Program-made: the position numbers and the translations under genes
Assembly (NCBI GenBank): GCA_963764165.1
Contig: CAVXRD010000003.1
Location: 128,001-192,000 of the forward strand
Reading direction: 5' to 3'
Origin: an uncultured Verrucomicrobiae bacterium
GTDB taxonomy: Bacteria > Verrucomicrobiota > Verrucomicrobiia > Limisphaerales > Palsa-1400
Length of the DNA: 64,000 bases
Notes under the pieces: generated by a model
The model's input: the letters and a program-made list of their open reading frames with translations, nothing else
Databases searched by the model: none
What the model was told of the DNA's origin: nothing
In this document: positions 1 through 8,980 of the stretch, in pieces
Layout of the letters: every line of letters begins with the position of its first letter
Numbering within the stretch: the stretch's first letter is position 1

Positions 1-10
1 CGTTTGCAAT

Positions 11-865
11 TTATGCAATGATTTTTTTGGCTTCGACGTTTTCAATAAATTGCTTTGCCTTGAGCGCCTCGTTGTGAACTTCGTCAAAGGACGGAATGCT
101 CGCGTCCCATTCCAGCAGCGTCGCGGTCGGCCCGGTGAGCCTGATGGCGTGCTCGTAAAGTTTCCACACCGGGTCGATCACGGGATGATCGTGCGTGTCG
201 AGAATGTATTTGCGGTATTTGGTGTGGCCGGCGATGTGAAATTGGGCGACGCGGTGGATGGGGACGTTGTTGATGTAGTCCGCCGGGTTGAAATTGTGAT
301 TGCGCGAGGAGACGTAGATATTATTGACGTCCAGCAGAATGCCGCAATCGGCCCGCTCGACCACTTCGCTCAGGAATTCCCACTCGGTCATTTCCGAAAC
401 GTGAAATTCCGCGTAGCTGCTGACGTTTTCCACCGCGATGGGAATTTCCAGAAAATCGCGCGCCTGCCGGATTTTTGCCGCCGTCACTTTTGCCGCCGCA
501 AACGTGTAAGGCATCGGAAGCAAATCATGCGTGTAGCGGCCATCCACGCTGCCCCAGCAAAGATGATCTGAAAGCCACGGCGTATTGGTGCGCTTGACAA
601 GCCGTTTGAGCTTTTTCAAATGCTCGCGATTCAGCGGCTCCGCCGAGCCAAAATAAGTCGAGACGCCGTGCTGGACGACACGGTATTGCTCGAGGATTTG
701 ATCGAGCACCTTGAGCGGGCGCCCGCCATCGCACATGAAATTTTCGGAAATGATTTCGAACCAATCGCACGTGGGCTTCTGCGTGAGAATGTGATGGTAA
801 TGGGGGACGCGGAGTCCGATGCCGATGCCGTAATCGGTAAAGCCGTTGAAGGGATTGGCGGGCAT
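11..865 (-). CDS. DUF692-family multinuclear non-heme iron oxidative enzyme (MNIO, BufB-like RiPP maturase)
   Basis: GIGLR..H N-terminus and motifs WFEIISEN, HGVS, SDHLCW, ENVS, LLDVNN, HIAGH, DTH, LLEWD; lies directly downstream of a Cys-rich precursor. Confidence 0.93.
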   Translation of the reverse strand: MPANPFNGFTDYGIGIGLRVPHYHHILTQKPTCDWFEIISENFMCDGGRPLKVLDQILEQYRVVQHGVSTYFGSAEPLNREHLKKLKRLVKRTNTPWLSDHLCWGSVDGRYTHDLLPMPYTFAAAKVTAAKIRQARDFLEIPIAVENVSSYAEFHVSEMTEWEFLSEVVERADCGILLDVNNIYVSSRNHNFNPADYINNVPIHRVAQFHIAGHTKYRKYILDTHDHPVIDPVWKLYEHAIRLTGPTATLLEWDASIPSFDEVHNEALKAKQFIENVEAKKIIA

Positions 866-889
866 AAGTGGAGCCGGGTGTCAATGGAG

Positions 890-956
890 GCGGGGCGAAA
901 ATGAATCCGCCCCGCGCTCCGAAAGTGGTTGGGAAGAAAGCCGGAAGGCTTTCTTC
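890..956. promoter_or_regulatory. Two stem-loops between the precursor and MNIO genes (possible mRNA stabiliser or partial terminator)
   Basis: GCGGGGCG/CGCCCCGC stem at 890-915; perfect 10-bp GAAGAAAGCC/GGCTTTCTTC stem at 933-956. Confidence 0.55.
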
Positions 957-972
957 GCGAGTCACTGAAGCA

Positions 973-1221
973 TCAAGCCGCTTTGCAGCCGCCTTTGCCT
1001 TTGCAACTATTCTTGCCTTTGCAGCCCATATCGCCCGAGTTGCAGCCGCCTTTGCCTTTGCAGCTATTCTGGCCTTTGCAATCGTGTTTGTCGGAGGCTG
1101 TGGAGGAGGAATTCATGCCCGATGAATCGCTGGAGGATTTGCAGCCCGTGTTGACGATGGTGCCCGCGAGTAATCCGGTCATGGCAGCCGTGATGGCCAA
1201 TGTTCTTGCTGTTTTCGACAT
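973..1221 (-). CDS. Exported Cys-rich RiPP precursor, bufferin BufA2-like
   Basis: Signal peptide ending VNTG-C, Ser-rich linker, two CKGxNSCKGKGGC repeats; upstream of DUF692. Confidence 0.88.
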   Translation of the reverse strand: MSKTARTLAITAAMTGLLAGTIVNTGCKSSSDSSGMNSSSTASDKHDCKGQNSCKGKGGCNSGDMGCKGKNSCKGKGGCKAA

Positions 1222-1397
1222 AATTTTGCTTTCTCAAAACGCTGTACAATGCATTTTCCCGGCTCCTCCAAAAGCGCCGCCTGCCAAGCGCAACGCCGCA
1301 AGGCACAGCGATACAACCGCAATTGGAAAGGGCCAGACGACTTGACTGTAGCCCACTGTAAACGAATTGCAAGGGGGCCGCGGATTTTTGGGAGGTG

Positions 1398-1542
1398 GGC
1401 CACAGATTGACACAGATCAACACAGATTTTCTGAAGAGACATTCCTCGCCACGCGTCGACGAGGCGCGACACGGCGGGCTCATTTGATTCGATTGCCGCC
1501 GCTCAATTCTTATCTGCGTTGACCTGTGTCAATCTGTCGCCA
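1398..1542. repeat. Periodic inverted repeat, family B (CACAGAT units ... ATCTGTG-like units)
   Basis: GCCACAGATTGACACAGATCAACACAGAT ... ATCTGCGTTGACCTGTGTCAATCTGTCGC; related copies at 10068 and 35344. Confidence 0.8.
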
Positions 1543-1584
1543 ATTCTTGTGTTTCAACCGGCCCGGCGTCTGTTGCAAGAAACA

Positions 1585-1613
1585 TTGCCATTCGGCTTCT
1601 GTGGTTGTAAGCT
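1585..1613 (+). promoter_or_regulatory. Putative sigma70 promoter of the PVC-signature/pseudouridine synthase/folD operon
   Basis: TTGCCA-17 nt-TAAGCT, about 40 nt upstream of ATG 1653. Confidence 0.5.
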
Positions 1614-1652
1614 CACCCCCTTATTTAACGAAAAATAGGATAATACAATTTT

Positions 1653-1808
1653 ATGTCACAACATCGAAGTCTGCGCGCGGCGAGCAACCTGGGAGCCAAA
1701 CGCAATGTCATGAAACGTTTTGAACGGGTCGCCATTCTCAAAAAGCGCGGCCAGTGGAAAACCGGCGATCGCGTCACCGGCCTGCGCAAAACCAAGCCGG
1801 ATGCATAA
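1653..1808 (+). CDS. PVC superphylum signature small basic protein (51 aa; absent from the ORF track)
   Basis: Hand translation MSQHRSLRAASNLGAKRNVMKRFERVAILKKRGQWKTGDRVTGLRKTKPDA fits the MSxHxSL...RNVxKRxER...GLxK pattern. Confidence 0.9.
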   Translation: MSQHRSLRAASNLGAKRNVMKRFERVAILKKRGQWKTGDRVTGLRKTKPDA

Positions 1809-1817
1809 AGGCGGCCT

Positions 1818-2528
1818 GTGGTCCGCTTGCAAAAGTTCCTGGCTGAGGCCGGTGTTGCTTCCCGGCGCGCCAGCGAACAGTTCATTTCCGCCGGCCGCGT
1901 CACCGTCAATGGCGAAATCACGTCCGAGCTCGGCGTCAAAGTCGATCCCGTTCACGATCACGTCACTGTGGATGGCAAGCCCGTCCGCCTCAAACGCAAA
2001 CTCTATATTGCGCTGAACAAACCGCCCGGCTATGTCTGCACGCGCTCGGACGCGGCGGCGCGCGACAAGATTGGCGATTTGCTGCCAAAGGAATGGACGG
2101 AATTGTTCTCGGTCGGCCGCCTGGATTGCCAGAGCGAGGGGCTGATTTTTTTGACGAATGACGGCGATTTCTGTTTGAAACTGACGCATCCGCGCTATCG
2201 TATTCCGCGTGTTTATCTGGCGCGGGTGGAAGGCCGCGTTACTCCGGAAATGCTCCGTGAATTTACGGCCGGCGTTTGGAGCGAGGGAGAGAAATTGAAG
2301 GCCCAGCGCGCCCGCCTCCTCTCGGCCAACAACTCCAACAGCATCGTGGAACTTGAATTAACCGAAGGCAAGAACCGGGAAGTGCGGCGAATGCTCGCTT
2401 CCAAGGCCTTGACCGTCGTCCGCCTTCAGCGCGTGCAAATCGGCCCGATCAAACTGGGCGAATTGCCCGCGGGCCGCTGGCGGGCATTGACAGAAACTGA
2501 GATAAAATCTCTACTTGGAAAAGTATGA
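1818..2528 (+). CDS. rRNA pseudouridine synthase, RsuA/RluB family, with S4 domain
   Basis: RLQKFLAEAGVASRR S4 start, LNKPPG, catalytic GRLD, EGKNREVRRM. Confidence 0.93.
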   Translation: MVRLQKFLAEAGVASRRASEQFISAGRVTVNGEITSELGVKVDPVHDHVTVDGKPVRLKRKLYIALNKPPGYVCTRSDAAARDKIGDLLPKEWTELFSVGRLDCQSEGLIFLTNDGDFCLKLTHPRYRIPRVYLARVEGRVTPEMLREFTAGVWSEGEKLKAQRARLLSANNSNSIVELELTEGKNREVRRMLASKALTVVRLQRVQIGPIKLGELPAGRWRALTETEIKSLLGKV

Positions 2529-3655
2529 AACTGAATTTTTGGATCGCTGCGGCCATGACGCCGCTGACTTCGGTCATGGTCCTCGCACAACAACCAACGT
2601 CCGCCCCCGCAACTGGCGCTCCCGCGCCCGCCGCTGAGTCAACCCCCGCCACGCCAAGCGCGCCGACGATAAAATCCTCGCTGTTCAAGAACCGCGCGAT
2701 TTTGAATCCGCCGGCGGTCGCCGCTGTAAAAAACGCGAATCTGAATGTGCGCGGCCAGCCGTCGTTCATTGGCGAAACGCTCGGGCATCTGAAAAAAGGC
2801 GATACTGTCACCGTTACGGAGCAAATCACCTTGCGCCATCCCGCCAAGGATGAACCGGTGGAATGGGACCAGATTTTATTGCCCGCCGGCATTCCCGTAT
2901 GGGTTGACGGAATGTACGTGGACACGGCTGCCGGCACGATCAAAGCGCGCCGGGTGAATTTGCGCGGTGGTCCCGGGGAAAATTTCAGCACATTGGGCCG
3001 TCTTGAAAAAGGCGCCGCCGTCAAAGTGCTCAAAAGCGAAAAAGGCTGGGTGGCGATTGAAGCGCCGTCCAATACAGTCGCCTACGTTGCCGCAGGCTAT
3101 CTCGAATTTCAACCAGCCGTAGCTGCGACGCCCACGACTCCGGCACCGCCTGCGGAAACGCCCGCCGCGACACCCGCGGCTCCGGTCGCGACCGTGCCGA
3201 TCCCAACGCCCGCACCCGCGCCAACGGCTACTGCTCCCCAAAATCAGGCAGCAGCGACTCCCACCGCGCCAGCCCCGACTCCAGTTGAACCAGCCGCCCA
3301 AAAAGCGCCGGACGAAAAGACTCCTGATGCCGTTCCCCGCACCCCGGCCACCGAGCCAGCTCCCGCTGCCGCTGGCACGAGCGCGCCCAGCGCGCCGCCC
3401 CTCGACACCTCCGCCGCCCGTGTGATCACGCGCGAAGGCTTTGTGAAACGCGTTTACAGCCTGCAGGCGCCGGCGTCTTTCCAACTGACGGATATCCAGT
3501 CCGGCACAACCATCGACTTTCTGCAACCGGCGAAGGGAATGAATTTCAAGGTCTACGTCGGCACGCGCGTCTCGGTCACCGGAACCGAATTCATGGACGA
3601 ACACTATCCGCGGACGCCGGTGCTGAACGTCCAGACAGTGGAATTGATTCCATAA
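2525..3655 (+). CDS. Secreted SH3-domain protein with Pro/Ala-rich linker
   Basis: Signal peptide, two NLNVRG/VNLRGGPG SH3b-like starts, long P/A/T linker. Confidence 0.75.
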   Translation: MKLNFWIAAAMTPLTSVMVLAQQPTSAPATGAPAPAAESTPATPSAPTIKSSLFKNRAILNPPAVAAVKNANLNVRGQPSFIGETLGHLKKGDTVTVTEQITLRHPAKDEPVEWDQILLPAGIPVWVDGMYVDTAAGTIKARRVNLRGGPGENFSTLGRLEKGAAVKVLKSEKGWVAIEAPSNTVAYVAAGYLEFQPAVAATPTTPAPPAETPAATPAAPVATVPIPTPAPAPTATAPQNQAAATPTAPAPTPVEPAAQKAPDEKTPDAVPRTPATEPAPAAAGTSAPSAPPLDTSAARVITREGFVKRVYSLQAPASFQLTDIQSGTTIDFLQPAKGMNFKVYVGTRVSVTGTEFMDEHYPRTPVLNVQTVELIP

Positions 3656-4566
3656 TGCCAAGCGCCACGCTCATCGATGGCCGCGCCATCGCCGGCACGA
3701 TTCACGATGAAACTGCCCGGCGGGCGGCGCAATTGAAGGCGCGCGGCGTCGAGCCGTGCCTGGTCTTTATTCGCGTGGGCGAAGACCCAGCTTCCCGCGA
3801 TTATGTGGGAATGAAGGAAAAAATGTGCGCGAAGCTCGGATTCCCTTCACGAACGCACGTGCTTCCCGCCACCACGACGGAACAGGAATTGATCGGCTGG
3901 CTGGATCGGTTGAATGCGGAACCAGCCGTCCACGGAATTCTGGTTCAGGTTCCGCTGCCGAAGCACATTTCAGAGGCCAGAATTTCCAGCGCCGTGAGTC
4001 CCGATAAAGACGTCGACGGTTTCCATCCGTTTAACGTGGGCAAATTGCTGCTCGGAGATCGAACTGGATTTCATTCCTGCACGCCCGCCGGCGTCCACGA
4101 ATTGCTGATCCGTTCCGGGGTCACGATTGATGGCGCTGAAGTTGTCATCCTGGGGCGGGGGAATCTCGTGGGAAAACCGCTCGCGGCCATTCTTTTGCAG
4201 AAGGCGAAGAACGCGGGCGCGACCGTTACCATTTGCCACTCCCAGACACGCAACATTGCCTCTCACTGCCGGAGGGCCGACATTTTAGTCGCGGCTATGG
4301 GTTCGCCGGAATTTGTGAAGGCGAACATGGTCAAGCCGGGGGCGGTGGTGATCGATGTTGGTGTCAATAGAATTTCGGATCCCGGCTCCAAGCGCGGCGC
4401 GCGTTTGGTGGGGGACGTAGACTTTGCCGGGGTCCGGGAAGTGGCCGGAAAAATCACTCCCAATCCTGGCGGCGTTGGCCCGATGACCATCGCCATGCTC
4501 ATGCAGAACACAGTTCGCGCCGCCGAGCGCGCCGCCGGCATTTACACGAAACCTGATCCAGTTTGA
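3655..4566 (+). CDS. folD: Bifunctional methylenetetrahydrofolate dehydrogenase/cyclohydrolase
   Basis: IDG, GEDPAS, GILVQ.PLP, KDVDGFHP, CTPAG, VIDVGVNR, PGGVGPMT. Confidence 0.97.
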   Translation: MPSATLIDGRAIAGTIHDETARRAAQLKARGVEPCLVFIRVGEDPASRDYVGMKEKMCAKLGFPSRTHVLPATTTEQELIGWLDRLNAEPAVHGILVQVPLPKHISEARISSAVSPDKDVDGFHPFNVGKLLLGDRTGFHSCTPAGVHELLIRSGVTIDGAEVVILGRGNLVGKPLAAILLQKAKNAGATVTICHSQTRNIASHCRRADILVAAMGSPEFVKANMVKPGAVVIDVGVNRISDPGSKRGARLVGDVDFAGVREVAGKITPNPGGVGPMTIAMLMQNTVRAAERAAGIYTKPDPV

Positions 4567-4569
4567 TTT

Positions 4570-5013
4570 ATGATGAATCCGTCAAGAATATTACCCGACC
4601 TGCAATGCTCGCTGCTGTGCGAGGATGTCCGGCAGGAAGTCACCGGCAATTTCATATTGCTCGGCGTCGTCAATTTTTTGCGCGTGCCGCAATTGCCGGT
4701 CGCCGTGTTCAAGCTGTTTTTGTTCAATCGCTGGACGGCCGGCATTGGCGAATTCCGCGAAACGTCGCGCCTGATTGCCCCGGACCAGACGACCGTGCTG
4801 CGTTCCGTCGAGGCGAAGTTCGCCTTGCAGGACCCATCGCACAACGTCACCAACGTTTCCTTCTGGGGCCAGATCAAATTGGAAATCGCCGGCACCTATC
4901 ACTATGAAGTGCTGGTGGATGACGTAATGAAGATGCGCTTTCCGCTCGTCCTGACCGTGGCGCCGCAGGAACAGCCGCCAGGCGCCGGGGCCGGCCCCAA
5001 AAAGACTCCATGA
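4570..5013 (+). CDS. Conserved hypothetical protein (DUF6941-like)
   Basis: LLCEDVRQE..G..ILLGV start and G.Y...V.VD end; tightly packed in the operon. Confidence 0.6.
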   Translation: MMNPSRILPDLQCSLLCEDVRQEVTGNFILLGVVNFLRVPQLPVAVFKLFLFNRWTAGIGEFRETSRLIAPDQTTVLRSVEAKFALQDPSHNVTNVSFWGQIKLEIAGTYHYEVLVDDVMKMRFPLVLTVAPQEQPPGAGAGPKKTP

Positions 5014-5858
5014 ACGCGGACGCCGCGGGCGGCGAGGGCGCGAAGGCGAAAGAGAACGCCGACGCGCCCCTGCCAGCCTGGCAGCCATTTACATTTGGCG
5101 GCGTGGCCGCCTTTGCCGACGCGCGCTTTGGGCGCGTGTTTGCATTTCTGTTGGTGTCGGCGGTCATCGTGGCGCTGGCGGTGCTCTGGTTCCTGCGCGG
5201 GTTTTACGCTCCTGTTCTCCTGCAAGCCATGCAAAAAATGCCGGAAACGGCCTGCATCACCAACGGCGTGCTCGAAGGAGTTGCAGAGCCCGTCATATCC
5301 GAATCAAAATTGCTCGCGCTCGCCGCCACGCCGAAATCCAGCGAACAAATCGGGCAGGGGGCGGATTTGCAAATTCAATTCCGTCTCAACGACGTCTGCG
5401 CCAATTCCAGCATATGGCCGAATCGCGGACTCGTATTCGAATATGAACCCGGCGGTTATTTAAATTTGGCGCGATCCAATCTGGAGCCGTGGTGGGGCGC
5501 GTGGCAACCGGTGGTGTATACCGGAATCGGCGTGGGGGTTTTCCTTCAGATGATGATCACCTGGATTCTGCTTGGAACAATTTACATGATTCCTGCCAAG
5601 TTCATCGGTTTTTACATGGATCGCGATTTGACCTTCGGCGGCGCGTGGAGGCTCTCGACGATCAGCCTGCTTCCCGGCGCAATGATGATGGTGGGATCGA
5701 TTGTGCTTTACGCATGGGGAGTGCTGGATTTGGTGGGGCTATCTTTTTTCACCGCGCTTCATTTCGTGGTGGGATGGGTTTATTTCATCGGAGGAGTCTG
5801 GAAGCGAAAACGAATTTTTCCGAAGGCGAAAGGCAATCCGTTCAAAACTGGGAAATAA
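5010..5858 (+). CDS. Hypothetical integral membrane protein
   Basis: Four or more hydrophobic segments; ATGA overlap with the upstream gene. Confidence 0.7.
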   Translation: MNADAAGGEGAKAKENADAPLPAWQPFTFGGVAAFADARFGRVFAFLLVSAVIVALAVLWFLRGFYAPVLLQAMQKMPETACITNGVLEGVAEPVISESKLLALAATPKSSEQIGQGADLQIQFRLNDVCANSSIWPNRGLVFEYEPGGYLNLARSNLEPWWGAWQPVVYTGIGVGVFLQMMITWILLGTIYMIPAKFIGFYMDRDLTFGGAWRLSTISLLPGAMMMVGSIVLYAWGVLDLVGLSFFTALHFVVGWVYFIGGVWKRKRIFPKAKGNPFKTGK

Positions 5859-6018
5859 TTTAATCAGGAACGACCGAACGCAGGAAAGGAGACCCAAGGC
5901 GGTGTCAAGCGGATTTCAGTTTCATAAGTCCCATCATTCGCAACCATATCCGTCGGGCAATTCATCAAGGAAAATTTACGGGAGCCTCTTTTCCTGAGTT
6001 CGGTCGTTCCAGATTAAA
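5859..6018. repeat. 160-bp MITE-like element with 33-bp terminal inverted repeats
   Basis: Left TTTAATCAGGAACGACCGAACGCAGGAAAGGAG versus reverse complement of right end TTTAATCTGGAACGACCGAACTCAGGAAAAGAG (3 mismatches). Confidence 0.75.
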
Positions 6019-6158
6019 CCTTCCCCGTCAGGATGGTCTTAACGTTTTTTTAACTAGACTAATTGACTGGGTTTTGTTCCGATAGCCCGCGCTATCTGCA
6101 AGGCGCTTGAAACCTGCAACGGCTATTTGCAGTAGAAAAAAACGAACAAACAAAGCAC

Positions 6159-7178
6159 ATGGCTAAATATAAATTGGAATACATCTGGCTCGACGGTTAT
6201 ACCCCCGTCGCTAACCTCCGCAGCAAGACCCTGGTCAAAGATTTTGACAGCTTCCCGACCCTGGACAAACTCCCCAACTGGGGCTTCGACGGCAGCTCGA
6301 CCCGCCAGGCCGAGGGCCACAGCTCGGATTGCGTCCTCAAACCCGTCGCGTGCTATCCCGATCCGACCCGCGAAAATGGCGTGCTCGTTTTGAGCGAAGT
6401 TTATCTGACAGATGGCACTCCGCATCCGAGTAATTCCCGCGCCAGCATCCTGGATGATCCGGATACCTGGTTCGGTTTCGAGCAGGAGTATTTTCTTTTC
6501 AAAGAGGGCCTGCCGCTGGGCTTCCCGAAAGCCGGCTACCCGTATCCCCAGGGCAAATATTACACCGGCGTTGGTTACGACGCCGTTGGCGATATCGCCC
6601 GTGAAATCGTCGACAAGCACCTCGACCTTTGCCTCGCCTGCGGCATCAATCACGAAGGCATCAACGCGGAAGTCGCGAAGGGCCAATGGGAATTCCAAAT
6701 TTTCGGCAAAGGCTCCAAGACCGCCGCCGACCAAGTCTGGATGGCCCGCTACCTCCTCATGCGCCTGTGCGAAAAATACCAGGTCACCGTGGTCTGGCAC
6801 TGCAAACCCCTCGGCGTCGATGTCGATTGGAACGGCTCCGGCATGCACACGAACTTCTCGACGAAGTTCATGCGCGAGGTCGGCGGCAAGGAATACTTTG
6901 AAGCGCTCATGGCGGCGTTCGACAAATACAAAAACGAGCACATCGCCGTTTACGGCCCGGACAATCATCTGCGCTTGACCGGATTGCACGAAACGCAATC
7001 GATCGACAAATTCAACTACGGGGTGGCCAACCGCGGCGCATCCGTCCGCGTGCCGGTCAGCTTCCCGAAGAATGGCTACAAAGGCTATTTGGAAGACCGC
7101 CGCCCGAATTCCGCCGGCGACCCCTACAAAATCGCCAGCCGCATTTTGCAGACCATCGCGACCGTGCCGCAGAAGTAA
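6159..7178 (+). CDS. glnII: Glutamine synthetase type II
   Basis: 339 aa; EYIWLDG, LRSKT, WGFDGSST.QA, FGFEQEY, INAEV..GQWEFQ, DWNGSGMHTNFST, RLTG.HET, YLEDRRP. Confidence 0.95.
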   Translation: MAKYKLEYIWLDGYTPVANLRSKTLVKDFDSFPTLDKLPNWGFDGSSTRQAEGHSSDCVLKPVACYPDPTRENGVLVLSEVYLTDGTPHPSNSRASILDDPDTWFGFEQEYFLFKEGLPLGFPKAGYPYPQGKYYTGVGYDAVGDIAREIVDKHLDLCLACGINHEGINAEVAKGQWEFQIFGKGSKTAADQVWMARYLLMRLCEKYQVTVVWHCKPLGVDVDWNGSGMHTNFSTKFMREVGGKEYFEALMAAFDKYKNEHIAVYGPDNHLRLTGLHETQSIDKFNYGVANRGASVRVPVSFPKNGYKGYLEDRRPNSAGDPYKIASRILQTIATVPQK

Positions 7179-7235
7179 TCGCACGGGCGTCCTTTTGACG
7201 GCGGTGGTGGCGCAAGCCGCCAACGCCGCATTCGT

Positions 7236-7335
7236 AGGTAGGGACGCCTCGCCGAGGCGTCCGGGGACATTCGCGAGTCCGAACGCGTTCGAAAAACCCC
7301 ACGGCCCCGGACGCCTCGGCGAGGCGTCCCTACCT
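7236..7335. repeat. 100-bp REP doublet (REPIN-like), family A
   Basis: Inverted pair of GTAGGGACGCCTCGCCGAGGCGTCC hairpins with a central GAACGCGTTC palindrome; same element in the opposite orientation at 24436. Confidence 0.88.
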
Positions 7336-7367
7336 TGCCTGCCTTTGCCACCGGCATCAAATAACTG

Positions 7368-7396
7368 CTGACATCCCATCGCGCTGTCTTTAAGTT
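7368..7396 (+). promoter_or_regulatory. Putative sigma70 promoter for carB
   Basis: CTGACA-17 nt-TAAGTT, 15 nt before ATG 7412. Confidence 0.35.
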
Positions 7397-7411
7397 TCCC
7401 GTCGCGCGAAT

Positions 7412-8947
7412 ATGCCCAAACGCACAGACATTCATTCCGTTTTGATCATCGGCGCCGGTCCCATCATTATTGGACAGGCGTGTGAATTCGATTATTCCGG
7501 CACGCAGGCTTGCAAAGCCCTGAGGGAGGAGGGTTATCGGATCGTCCTCATCAATTCCAATCCGGCCACCATCATGACCGATCCGGAATTTGCCGATCGC
7601 ACTTACATCGAGCCCATCACGCCCGAGTGCGTCGAAAAAATCATCGCCCGCGAGATTGAGGAAATGCGCACGATGGGAGCAAATGGAAAATTGGTGCTGC
7701 TCCCAACACTTGGCGGCCAGACGGCCTTGAATACCGCGATGGCTCTGGTCAAGCGCGGCACGCTCGAACGCTACGGCGTCGAGATGATCGGGGCCAACGC
7801 CGATGCCATTCGAAAGGGCGAAGACCGCCAGGTGTTCAAGGATTTGATGCTCGAAATCGGCCTGGATGTGCCAATCAGCGGCACGGCCCATAGCTTTGAG
7901 GAAGCCCGCGCCGTGGCTGAAAAAATCGGCCGATACCCGCTCATTATTCGCCCGGCCTTTACGCTCGGCGGAACTGGCGGCGGCATCGCCTACAACCGCG
8001 AGGAATTCGAGCAAATGTCGAGGCGCGGCATCGAGCTTTCGCCCATCTCCGAAATTCTCGTCGAGGAATCTTTGCTGGGTTGGAAGGAATTCGAGATGGA
8101 AGTGATGCGCGACAAGGCCGACAACTGCGTCATCATTTGCGCCATCGAGAATTTTGACCCGATGGGCGTCCACACCGGCGATTCCATCACGGTGGCGCCG
8201 ACCCAGACTCTCACCGACAAGGAATACCAAATCATGCGCGACGCCAGTTTCGCGGTGATTCGCGCAGTCGGCGTCGAGACGGGCGGCTCGAATATTCAAT
8301 TCGGCGTCAATCCGGAAAATGGCCGCATGGTCATCATCGAAATGAACCCGCGCGTTTCCCGCTCCTCTGCGCTGGCTTCCAAGGCGACAGGCTTTCCAAT
8401 CGCGAAGATCGCGGCGAAATTGGCTGTCGGCTATTTGCTCGACGAAATTCGCAATGACATCACCCGCGAGACGCCCGCGAGTTTCGAGCCGACTATCGAT
8501 TACGTCGTCACGAAAATCCCACGGTTTGCGTTCGAGAAATTCCCGCAAGCCGACCCGACGTTGAATACGCAAATGAAATCGGTGGGTGAAGCGATGGCGA
8601 TTGGGCGCACATTCAAGGAAAGCTTGCAGAAGGCGCTGCGCTCCCTGGAAATTGGCCGGGCCGGGTTGGGCGGCGACGGCAAGCCATGGCGGATTGGCGG
8701 TGTCGTTTATGGCGACCGGGATATTTTGCCACGCGACATTATCACGCAAAAATTGGTATGGCCAAACGCCGAGCGTATTTTCTTCATCCGCCACGCCATG
8801 CGGGCGGGCTTTTCCGTCGAGGAAATTTTCCAGCTTACGAAGATTGACCGCTGGTTCCTGGTGCAGATCAAGGAAATCGTTGATTTCGAGGAAGAGCTGG
8901 CATTGGCTGGAAAAGAGCAGGGCGGCCCGCGATTTTGCGCCCCTTGA
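7412..8947 (+). CDS. carB: Carbamoyl-phosphate synthase large subunit, N-terminal half only (511 aa)
   Basis: [49 protein letters not shown]; ends just after IDRWFL.QI in the oligomerisation domain. Confidence 0.93.
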   Translation: MPKRTDIHSVLIIGAGPIIIGQACEFDYSGTQACKALREEGYRIVLINSNPATIMTDPEFADRTYIEPITPECVEKIIAREIEEMRTMGANGKLVLLPTLGGQTALNTAMALVKRGTLERYGVEMIGANADAIRKGEDRQVFKDLMLEIGLDVPISGTAHSFEEARAVAEKIGRYPLIIRPAFTLGGTGGGIAYNREEFEQMSRRGIELSPISEILVEESLLGWKEFEMEVMRDKADNCVIICAIENFDPMGVHTGDSITVAPTQTLTDKEYQIMRDASFAVIRAVGVETGGSNIQFGVNPENGRMVIIEMNPRVSRSSALASKATGFPIAKIAAKLAVGYLLDEIRNDITRETPASFEPTIDYVVTKIPRFAFEKFPQADPTLNTQMKSVGEAMAIGRTFKESLQKALRSLEIGRAGLGGDGKPWRIGGVVYGDRDILPRDIITQKLVWPNAERIFFIRHAMRAGFSVEEIFQLTKIDRWFLVQIKEIVDFEEELALAGKEQGGPRFCAP

Positions 8948-8980
8948 AATAGTGGCAAAAATCGTGCTATGTAATCAGGC

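Noticed and set aside
3120..3420. Pro/Ala/Thr low-complexity tract
   Set aside because: Ordinary protein linker, not a DNA repeat element
6123..8794. 418-aa and 556-aa minus-strand ORFs
   Set aside because: Antisense to glnII and carB
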